Shown here: in pieces, positions 52,590 to 64,000 of the stretch
How positions within the stretch are numbered: the first letter of the stretch is position 1
Layout of the letters: each line of letters opens with the position of its first letter
NCBI GenBank assembly: GCA_016748015.1
Contig: JAAOMT010000193.1
Span: 62,001-126,000 of the forward strand
DNA from: Geosiphon pyriformis uo1
Taxonomy: Eukaryota; Fungi; Glomeromycota
Length of the DNA stretch: 64,000 bases
Direction of reading: 5' to 3'
Notes under the pieces: generated by a model
Told to the model about the DNA's origin: nothing
The model's database searches: none
The model's input: only the letters and a program-made list of their open reading frames with translations
Position numbers and translations under genes: made by a program

Positions 52590-55500
52590 AAGGAGGGGAT
52601 AATGTTACGGTTTAAGAATTTAGCAAAAAGAATCATAAAAATAATACAAACTATTCAATCATAATATAGCACAGTAATAATCTTAGAAAGGTAATGATTA
52701 ACATAGTAGCAAACACCATCTCGCGATAGTGACAAGTACCAGTTCACAATAGCAGCCAACACCAACTGGTAATAGCAGCAAACACCAGGTTGAAATATCA
52801 AAAAGAAAGTATTTTCTCGTAGAACTACAAACATGTATATATACAGTAGTTTTAATATTGAGAAATAATCAATCAAGTAATAAAAATCATAACTTATCAA
52901 GCAATAGATCCAATTTTATCCAACAAACTCCACTTTAAATCATACTTTCAAATTAAATATCCCAAGAAACCTTTAAAAATCAAAAAGAAATGAAAAAGAA
53001 TATTTAAAACGGAACTATCACAACCCAAAGTATTAAGAAACTTACTTGTATTATTTATTGAATGAAACTATCATTCATCAACTGAATCCCTTGGAAGAAT
53101 AATCCTTGATCAAGATTATTCATGTTGTTACTAATTGAGAAAAGCTTTATTGTGAGAATTAGAAAAGCACTAAAGACTATTAACATTCTGTGTTTCTAAA
53201 TTAGAGAAACACATCAGGCAATTGCAAGGATAGCTTCAGAGAAAACCCCAGACAGTGGGTAGATTTCAGTTCAGCCTCTGAGAAGGAGTACATAAACACA
53301 CACAACAATCAAGAATTAAAGAATAACTTACATCGCAACAGTAAAAAGAAAGCCTTCAGTGTAACAGTGACATTATCACACAAATAAAATTGAGGAATTC
53401 ATGAAAGACTGATTGCAATTAAAGCGGGATATCAGCAATTAAATATAACAAGAAAACCATCCCGTAACACTGTAATTTAGCCATTATAGAAAACAAAAGC
53501 CCATTAACCCTAACTTCAATGTCCAAATTAATTTTAGGAAAAAAGGCAGTAGTATTCCAGTCACATTAACAGAACTGAGCTTTTTCAAAAAACCATCTGT
53601 ATATACAATAAATATATTTAACCAAACCTCAAGCAGACTACTCTTAATATCAAAAAACTGACCAGACAATAAAACATTATTAACATCTAACACAAAATTC
53701 TTGATGGAAAGCACTAATGTGAACACAAAATCATGTAAAAACTTTAACACTAAAACAAACCAAGAAAGCACAAATCCTCTAGGGTTCAATCTCTTTCAAT
53801 ATTAAAATGTTCTCCAATTTAAAACTCTACTACACTTGTCCAAAAGTCTGTTACAGAAAGCCACACCAAACCTTTTTAAGGAACTAACACAATTATAATA
53901 CAATAATAGTTTCAAAACACTTAAAACAAGAAACTGGCTAGAACAAAGAAAAGCACAAAGCAAATTGTTCATTATAGAAATACTATTGTCCAAAAACACA
54001 TGCATAATTTTAGCCAAAAAATTGTTTAAAGAACTAACATACAACTGCACTGAATATTGTAAAAGATTCAGAAAAGTTTAATCCAAAATCTGCAAATCCA
54101 AAAATTTGTGCTCAAAAAGTCGACCAAGAATCCCAGAAGCATTAGCAAAAATGACAACTAAAGCTAACTTTCCTTCAGTCTAAATCTGCTTAAACATTTT
54201 CAGATTATACAATAAAAAATAATATAGCACTTTATTTGGAAAATCACAGAGCAGTTCAGCCTTTGACTTAAAACCTTTCCTAACCAGAGCATTTTAATGC
54301 CAACAAACAACAAAAGAGATAAAACTAAACTAAGTATAATAGCCAACAATAGACTACAAAACTGCCAAGACCAGATACAAAAACTGCTTATTCAAAATAG
54401 CTTTCTTCAACACCATATTGAAAAAAAACTTGACATTAGACTGAGCCTTAGTCAAATTGGGCTTGAATAAACTATTAGTAAACAAAAAAATACTTAAGTA
54501 TTTATGAGATACATTACACTTGACAATTGAAATAAAGAACTTATTAATTCTGAAAACAACATCTTTAACTCTTCTATTAATAGGAATAGCAACTATTTTG
54601 TTATTATTAATTAAAATGTTATTAATTGAGAAGAAGTCACTAACAATGTCCAATATAAATTGTGTAACAGCTTAGTTATTCCCAATCCAGATGGTATTAT
54701 TCACAAAAGCTCTAGCCACAAAAAAAGAAATCACTTTACCCATATTATTAATTCTTTCCATCTTGGCCACAAACTTGGTATCAATTCAGTAACCATATAT
54801 ACTCTTCTGTCTTTTGACTTTACACAAAAAAGAGTCATAAAAAATCTGCCAAAGAAGAAAAGAGAACATCTTACCTTGATCAAGACTATTAAATACCTGA
54901 CACTTATTTGAAAGACCAAAATCTGTTATAACTCTGTTCAATTTTTTCTCATAAATCTCTTACACATTTTGATATACTACAAACTAACTCTTAAATAATG
55001 CCAACTGACCAAATCATATGTTTTGTGCATATCTTGTAAAACCAACCAAACTTTTTTGTCTTTTTTCAAAGTATTCTCAACTACTAAACCAACTGTAAAA
55101 ATAAGAGACTGCATCAAAGTATTCTTTAAAATAAAGAAGTTATTTCCATAGAAAACACCAAATTTACTACAGACAAAAAAGATTCAATTCAAGAGAATTT
55201 AAAAAAAAATCTTATAAATAGTTTCAATTAGAACAATAAAACAAGTATTCATTAAGATGCTATTCTATTTGTAAGGTTTGGATATCATTGAAACTCATGC
55301 CCTCTTCTATAGAATTAGAACAGCACCTAACTTCAAACACAAATTCAAAGGTCCAAAAAACTCCTGAAAATATTGTTACCACAATGTTTCCACAATTCAT
55401 TAGAAATACCACTAAGACCAGCAGTCTTCCCATCTGGTAAGTATTTGATAACTTAAACCAACTCATTAAAACTAATAACATCCATAATATTAGAGAAAGC

Positions 55501-56292
55501 ATTATTATTTATATGTTGTAAAAAAGCATACTGGCAGACTTAAAGATCAAACAAAGACCCAAAAACTGATCACTTCTTGGTTTATCCCTCTATTATAGCA
55601 TTAATTTTAGATTTAACATTATCAGAATTCAAAACCAGCTTGTTATTAACAATTAAATAGTTGAGAACCACTTTATAAAACAGCTTATCTAATATACTTT
55701 TGATCATATGACTTTTGTCCAAGCAAAAATTTTCCATTTTTTTATTGATAATACACTTAATAGCAGCAGACTTAGATTTATGCATCTTGAAACAATAGTA
55801 ACTTTTTCTAATCTTGAATAAGCAACTAAAAATATTCATATTGTTGAAGCCATTATTTAATATGTTTTGAATCTTAAAAGTCTTAACTTTATTAGCAATT
55901 AACCAAACACCAAAAAGTGAGTCAGTTCTAAAAAAATCACCAGATTGAAAAAATTTAACCACTTTGGCAACCAGTAGTTCTAGCTTAAAAAACTTAGAAA
56001 ATTGTTTGTTAAAAGAACATTTAATATTATAAAACCAATATTTAGAAAAAACATTATCAGCTGAATTTACCATTATCTTCTCCAGCAAATTCCACATAGT
56101 ATCAAGATCTCTATCAGCATTTGTAAATAAAAACTTACCAATTACAGAAAAAAACTTAACAGAAACACACTTTTTAAAACAAGTCCATTTGGGAGCATCT
56201 GCACCAGCAATTTTAAATTTCCAATGATTTCTATTAGCTTGTTTATGCAAATCATTCAAATAAAAATCCAAAAGTCTATCCAGACCAATTAA

Positions 56293-57153
56293 TATTATAG
56301 GTGATTATTTGAGATCTGAAAACAAATAAAAAACCCATAACTTGGTGCTTAACAAATAATTTAATAAGTAATGTTTAAAGATTTTCGTGATCTGAAGGTT
56401 TTAGTATCTGAAAGTTTTAGTAGAGTTTTTTGTATAATGAACAGAGATTCAATAGTTGTTTTTAGTAGCCTCTTGGAATTACAATTCTGTCAATTTTTTT
56501 CTTGGCTTGATGGCCAGTAATCCTCTGGTAAGTAATGCTTAAATTCAAATATCTATCTTTTTGTATAGAGTCTTTTATCAAGCAATCCTTAACATTAGTA
56601 ACTCAGTGCTTAATCCTTAATCAATTAGTAAACAACAAAAAATAAATAAATAAATAAAATAAAAAACATAAAAAAAATTAGCCAAGACAAAAAAGAGTTA
56701 GTATCTTATCAATAGCCATAATCAAAAGCTATTGGTCTAGTGTAGTTAAATATTAGCAATTATTAACATAAATTGTTGATAGTAAAAAATGGGTTGTAAT
56801 ATGTAACAAAGTATTTTATTAATATTGGATGTTTTTATTTCAAGTTATAGAATACTATTGTATAAAGAGATAGATCTGAAATTGAAATTGGAGGTTTTAA
56901 GCTAAGAATTTTGTTTTTTCTGCTTCTAATACTACTACTATATATACATAAATTTTATTGTATAAGATTCCTTAAATTTTTCAATTCTCTAGCCAGAAAT
57001 CTTGAAATCCCACAATTTCTTATATAGGAATTCTATAATTTTGGAATCCTGCAATTTTTCTGAGAAGAATCCTGAAATTCCATTTTTATTATGTCTTATT
57101 CTGATTGGCTAATTTATATATTAATATATAATTTCTATATTCTATAAGTAACA
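56293..57153 (-). mobile_element. Solo LTR of the second Gypsy family, inserted in the LINE
   Basis: The reverse complement begins TGTTACTTATAGAATATAG, the same as 63494. Possible TSD CCAA/TTAA. The LINE frame resumes on both sides. Confidence 0.85.
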
Positions 57154-57817
57154 CCAATACCATGACAGCCTTGTGATTAGTATTGAAGAATTCAAAAGCA
57201 AAAACAACTTTATAATTAGCAATCACTGACAATAAACACTTATTAACAAAAATATAATCAATAACTTTCTTAACTTCTCTCAAATTGTTCTATGTGAAAG
57301 TCTTGATTAAATAATGGCCTCTAAGCAAATTAACCAAATCCAAATCCAAACAGAATTGAAAACTCACACTCTTATTAGAACTATTCTCATTAAAATCCTT
57401 ACCCAAGACCACAAAAGTATTGGCATTAACTGTTTTTATAATAAAAAAATTAATCTCAACTGTCTGACCAAATCTAGTCTTAGCAAAAGCACCAGTATAC
57501 AAGCCCAAAATCATGACCAAAAGCTTGTTCTTAAAAAGAAGCCAAACTGAAATAATACAACTAGGCATCTCTTTAACCTTAGAAACATAACAAACCAGAG
57601 AATTGTTCATAATAATTGCTATTTTAGCACTAAAAAAACCCTTATTCAAACCAAATATAAACACCTGCATACCATCAAACTTGTTTATAATTCATGGCCT
57701 AATACTAGACCTTAATTTTGTTTCTGTGATTATTAAAATCATATTATTAGAGTTCATGTGCCAATATACAATATCTTTCTGCTTAGCCAGTACATTAATG
57801 TCATAAACATTGTATAT

Positions 57818-60800
57818 TATTATTCATAGAATATAAGAATTAGATATTAGTACATTAATTAGCCAATTAGAATAAGACATAATAAAAGTGAAATTCCAGA
57901 ATTTTTTTCAGAAAAATTACAGGATTTCAGAATTACAGAATTTCTGCATAAGGAATCACAAAATTCCAAAAATCTTATACAATAAAATTTATGTATATAT
58001 AATAATAGTATTAGAAACAAAAAAGACAAAATTCTTAGTTTTTAGAACCTTCAGTTCCAATTCTCTATCTATCTTTTTATATGATAGTATTTTATAACTT
58101 GAAATAGAAACATCAAATATCAATAAAATATTTATTACATATCATAATTTATCTTTCTATTATCAACAATTCATGTTAATAGTTGCCAATACTTAACTAT
58201 ATTAGACCAATAGCTTTTGATTATGGCTATTGACAGAATACTAACTCTTTCTGCCTTGGTTTATCTCTTTATTTTTTATTTTTTATTTTTTTTTCTTTTA
58301 TTTTTTATTTTTATTTTGTTGTTGATTTACTAATTGATTAAAAAATTAATGTGTAGAGTACTGACATCAAGATATAGTACTGGTAAAAGATCTAAGAATA
58401 AGAGTAAACACTCAAAATTAAAGATAGCTTACCAAGAAATTACTGGCCATCAAGCTAAGAAAAAAATTGACAGAATATAGATATTTTGGGAAACAACAGA
58501 CAATAAAACACACCAATTTAAGAGTTAAGAAACTATTAGGAATCTTACCAAAGGATATCTCTCTTGAATTTCTGTTTATTATATAAAAGACTTAACCAAA
58601 ACCTTTAAATCATGAAAACTTTTAAATATTACCAACACCATTTCAGCTATTGAACACCAAATTATGAGTTTTTTATATGTTTTAGATTCCAAATAATTAC
58701 TTGTAACATTTAGTGCTTTTTGTAAGATATAATTCTACAGAGAACCAGCACCAACAACAACTATTCAAAAGTGGTAAAATCAGAAATAAGAGAAACAAAC
58801 TATCTAGAATTCACCAAATTCTTATTCTAACACTACTGTAAACACTTGGGATTAATTAACAACCAACTATTAGCAGAATTTGCCTTCAACTTTTATGTCA
58901 ATAAAAAAAATTAAATATTTCTTAGGAGAACCAGTAAATACAGAATCAACATAAAGAAATTTTTACAGCAAATTAATTCAATATACCAGCTTACTATTAA
59001 ACCACAACTTCACATCAATCATCACTAAAATCAACAAAAAAATTGAAAATTACACCCAACAAATATTTCTTATTATCTATGCAGAAAAAGACAAAGAAAA
59101 ACTACAAACACCAACAGAAACTCCAAAACAAATACAATTACCTACATAAAAGAAACAAAGAATTGATTTTCCAGCTAATCCATCATATCACTACAATCCT
59201 AAAAGTATTATTAATATAACATCAACAGACACATCCACAACAGAAGAAAGCAGAATTATTAGAAACTTACAGCAATTACTTTGAAGAATTTAAATCATGA
59301 TTACTAACACTATTAAAATTTTGATCACTGTCACCTTAACCTAATTTCAGAGCTGCTAGTCCTTGGAAAATAACCAAATCAGAAGAAAAAAAAAACAAAG
59401 ATCAGGAATTTAATTATCAAAACCTGATTCCAGAAAATCCAGAAATACAAACTCTAATAATTCCAACTCAGCAAAATCAAAACAATCTAAACACTGCTTC
59501 TATTGTTTCTTAAAACTTACCTTCAGTAATCATAATCAATCTACTACCAGTTGCACCAATTACCAAACAACAACAACAACAGTCACAACTATTACTTTAG
59601 TAACTACTTTAACAGCAACCACAATCACAACAACAACAACATTTGTTATTAGCACTGATGATCTATGTACCAATTACCAAGCTCGAAAAATTTACTGGTA
59701 AAGAAGACAATATACAGGTATAATTCAATAATGTAGAAAAAGCTATTGCAGTTAATGAATAAAATAATGTTAAAGCATTATAGACAATCTCATATTTCTT
59801 TCAGAATACTGCTAATTTATGGTATTAAAGCCTAATCCAGAAACCCCAAAACTTCAATGCATTCAAAGTTGAATTCTTGAAATATTTTAGTAACAATAAT
59901 AGCATTAATCATCTAACAAATACTTTCACAACTATTAAGCAAGAAGAAACTGAAACAGTCACCATTTATCTAGAATGCTTTTATAAAAATCTGTACCAAA
60001 TATAAGCAATTGATGCAAACTACTTCACAGTGTTACAAATCTTAAATTAATTTATTTATGGTTTGTGCAGTAGTCTCCTACAATGCATACATTCAATACA
60101 CTTACAAACACTCCAAAATATTATTACTTATATCAGAAATTTCAAATCAGCCAAGCTAAAAGCCAACTATACTTAAGCCATAAACTTAGTAATGAATAGA
60201 TCATCTGAATTGGATTCTAAATTGAGGCAATTTAGTAAGTTAATTAATCAAAAATTAGAGGAATACTTAGCTAACAACAATCCAGCAATATATTAGTTAT
60301 CACAATGTCATGACAATTCCAGAGCTTTTAACCAGTACCAAAATTAGTCATGTCTCATGTTATTATTAACTTGTTAATCATGACAGTAAAAAACATGTAT
60401 TTGCCATAATTGTGGTAAACAAAATCACATTAAGGTTGACTGCCATGTCAAAATTAATAAGCAATAGTCAGGAAATCAACATCAAAATCCTGATTGCCAA
60501 TTTTAAACTCTGAGTTACTAATCAAATCAAAACCTGTATCAATCTTATTACACTCCAATAATACAACAAGCAATATACTTATCACTAATTTATCAGCTTT
60601 TAGTATTCATAATATATTAACTGCAGTTACAGGTTATTTATTAACTCTAATCATTTCAAACACTATTACCAAATTTAGCTTAAATATCCAGAAATTCAAG
60701 ACCAAGAATTATTCACACCCAATAAAACTGACAATTAGTAATAGTAATGCATTAACTAATTCTTAGCTTATTATAACAACTCACAAGATTACACCAATGG

Positions 60801-63800
60801 AGTTTGAAAACTAAGTACAACTAAAACCCAAATTCCCAAAACTATTTAAGTCTCTTGGTTACTTCAGAAAATGCCAAACTCAGCAAACAGAAACTCAATC
60901 AAACCTAACTATTTACCAACAACATTCTACCAACAATTATTATTGAAAACAAATCACTTACTGCCATCTTCTTTTTTAAATTAGAAAAACCAGTTGAAAT
61001 ACTTTTATTTAGTAAAGTTATTCTTGAATCAAAACTCATTACTATAATATATACTGATCCCAAAGTTGATGGTCAATTCATTAAACTAATCCTAAACAAT
61101 AAATTAACCAACAACATTATCACATGACAACTTATGGACCAATTAGGTCACTAAGTTGATTGTACTGCCAGTGCCAAAATTATCATTGTTGATAAAACAA
61201 CAAAAATGCACATTGGTGAGATTAACAACTTTCCTTTTAAAGTCAATGGCATTATTATATCCATTAAAATATTAGTAATGAAAGTTACACAGTATTAAGC
61301 ATTAGTTAAAAATAACTGGCTGTTCAAAACTAATGTCATATTCAACTGGAATACTCAGGGATTACAACTGAGCCAAAATAGTCAAAACATTTGGGTGCCA
61401 GCCACTTGTGGTTATTTTAAGATTACCACCAACAAACAGTCACTAATTGAGCTTGAAAAAGAAAAAAAAAACCTATTTGAGAAATGTATCAGGTATTATG
61501 GACTGAAAAAAAACACAATGAATTATTACCAGTACTTATATTAAAAGAAAAAAAAGGGAAGGAAAAAAAAGAAAACAAACCCCAAGCAACCACTTCCACA
61601 TATATATCATATATCATCATTATTCAACACTAGCCAAACTATTGTTAACTCAAATTAATTTGTATTAATTGTAACAAAAAATTGTTAACAATAGGTACAT
61701 GTTGTGGTGATGATAAAGAATGGCCAACAACCACAAAATACTACTGCTGCTTATGTATTCTTAAACATTTTGAACAACCAAAAAAACAAGAAAAATGAAA
61801 CAACAAATCATGTCTTGCTTGTAAAAAAACTTTTCTAAACAAAAGAATGTAGAACAACATTTCTGGTTGTAAAGAAACATATAATAAATTATATTAATAC
61901 ATGATTTTAATCAGCAATTAGGTGAAAAAAGAAACACCAATAGACACTGTCTAGAGAAGAGCTGTAAAATATTTGGATGGCTATCCACACAACAACAACA
62001 AAATATAGAGAATAGCAATTACCAAAATCAAAAGTGTAATCTCAAAAGAAATAAAAATAATCAAAAACAATCCACTGAAACCCAAAAAAATTATTTGGAT
62101 CCCAAACTCTGATATTATCCTTGACATTATAGATTCAAAACAATTTTACAAACACTACTAAAAATTAGCACCCATTAGAGAAAAACAAGAGCAATGTTTA
62201 AAAAAGCTTAATACTCATTTATGTGACTACTATTTAATTTTATGTAACTTTCAATATTGTAATAATTGTGACATCATTTACAATTTACCATCATACATGA
62301 TCTACATAATTCCAAAAAAAAGAGCCAATTAGCAAATGCATTATAGAATTGAAATCAAAATTCAATTTTGATTCAAACTCTAATAATAATGATAATAATA
62401 ATAGTTTCAACTCTATTTATTATAACAACAATAATAATGATTCAAATTCCAATTATACTATTGAACAATATATTGTACTTCCTGATCTTTTTAAGAAACA
62501 AAAACTCAAATGTTTTAGTAATAATAATGAAGGTATTATGCCAGAATGTATATATAATACTGATACAAGTTTTGATTTGAGATATCTAAAAAAAAATGCC
62601 ATTAAATTAGAACCATATTCATATACTGGCATTGATCTGAAAATAGTACTGAAAATTTCAGCAATAATAATGGTTCAATTAGCATCTAGATCTAGTTTAG
62701 CAAAGAAAAAAATCAACATCAGAAAAGAAATAATTAATGCAGAATATATAAGAAATATTATTACAATACTACAAAATAACTCTGAAAAAGAATATATTAT
62801 TGAACCAAATAAAAAAATAGCACAAACAATATTCCTACTCCTAGTTAAAATAGCTCAATTAGTGTCAATAGAAACAAAAAAAGAATTAAGGATTACAGCC
62901 AGAGAGAAAAATAGATTTAGATTTATAAATAGGATAAATATACCAATTAATATGGCAAAGGAAGAAGTTATTGACAAAAAAAAATTATCTCCACCTATTA
63001 ATCAATTTTTATTCTGCCATATGACCAATATATACTTAATATAGAGAGAAAAATAAAAGATCAAACTCAGATTTTTGAGATAAAAACTACAATTTGTGAA
63101 TCAAAAAAAATTAGAATTACCAATCTTTATATACTGGCTAAAAACCACAAACACATCAAAATTCCTATATACAATACAACTAGAGACCTAATCAAAATAC
63201 CAAAAGAAACAACCATTGAATATTTAAGCACTAAAGTTAAGAATTAATTACCAAATATCATTTTAGATTTTCCACAACTGTGTGAATATATGGATATCAT
63301 ATTACAAGCAATATACAGACAAAAAAAATACTATTTGCTTCAATTCAAACAATTGAAACAAATAAACTTAGAAAAAATAACCAATGCCCAATTTGAAGAA
63401 TTACAGATTGAAATAATCTAAGTAATTCTCAAAAAAAAAGTTAGGAAATATAGGAGATCTTGACAGAGCTTAATATTAAAAAAGAACAAATAATGTTACT
63501 TATAGAATATAGGAATTAGATATTAGTACATTAGTTAGCCAATTAAAATAAAACATAGTAAGAATGAAATTCCAAAATTTTTTTTGGAGGAATTGTAAGA
63601 TTCCAGAATTACAGAATTCTTGTATAAAGAATTACAGAATTCTTCTTAAAGAATTACAGGATTCCAGGAATTCCAAAATTTCTGGCAAGAGAATTGAGAA
63701 ATTCAAAAAATTTTATACAATAAAATTTATGTATATATAGTAATAATATTAAAAGCAAAAAAGACAGAATTCTTAGTTTTTAAAACTTCCAATTCCAATT

Positions 63801-64000
63801 TCCTATTTATTTTTTTATACAATAGTATTTTATAACTTAAAATAGAAACATCTAATATCAATAAAATATTTATTACATATTATAATCCATCTTTCCACTA
63901 TTAACAATTCATATTAATAGTTGTTAATACTTAAATATACTAAACTAATAGCTCTTAATCATGGCTATTGATAAGATACTAACTTTTTCTGTTTTGGCTT
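57818..64000 (+). mobile_element. Degenerate, internally deleted Gypsy relative (LTR-gag-PR-Cys-rich-dUTPase-LTR; no RT/RH/IN)
   Basis: 5' LTR at 57818-58708; 3' LTR from 63494 to the window end. CHNCGKQNHIKVDC (~60400), LTAIFFFKLE, and DTSFDLRY / VQLASRSSLAKK (62349-63044) are collinear with the first element up to ~63370. Confidence 0.88.

Larger units (their letters stand above)
43586..53469 (+). mobile_element. Full-length Ty3/Gypsy LTR retrotransposon carrying dUTPase
   Basis: The 5' LTR starts at 43586 (partly in a gap). The 3' LTR spans 52603-53469 with TGTTACGG...CCGTAACA termini. PPT GAAAGGAGGGGATAA at 52588-52602 and TSD CTGT. Domain order is RT-RH-IN. Confidence 0.96.
42330..57817 (-). 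mobile_element. Degenerate LINE (APE-RT-RNaseH-Cys motif) split by LTR insertions; pieces at ~42330-43585, 53470-56292 and 57154-57817
   Basis: APE start YNVYDINVLAKQKDIVYWH (~57800) and IDYIFV (~57250). RT motifs LDQG and AFVNNTIWIG (~54700). RNase H motif VYTDGFLK. C-terminal CLHCDKIEFSDHVFTC. Confidence 0.85.

Overview
Eukaryotic (fungal) genomic DNA with short spliceosomal introns. It is probably from Glomeromycota; the LINE and dUTPase-Gypsy families resemble those I associate with Geosiphon, which is an inference. The left ~25 kb is mostly gene-rich: an AlkB/ALKBH2-3-like dioxygenase (partial), a low-complexity hypothetical protein, cyclophilin H, a BAR protein (Rvs161/Hob3), an S4/RluA-like + HemK/PrmC fusion, RPS26, TAF2, and a multi-exon PD-(D/E)xK-like nuclease gene. 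The nuclease's predicted 5'-UTR intron is almost completely filled by a palindrome-rich 172-bp tandem array. The right ~38 kb is an extremely AT-rich transposon graveyard with a lone Yippee/MOH1 gene. It contains a near-intact Ty3/Gypsy element (gag-protease-Cys-rich domain-dUTPase-RT-RNaseH, a separate integrase ORF and an extra 3' ORF) inserted into a LINE, a second internally deleted Gypsy relative, solo LTRs, two minisatellites and pervasive C>T/G>A decay. Several exact duplications next to N gaps are assembly artefacts.
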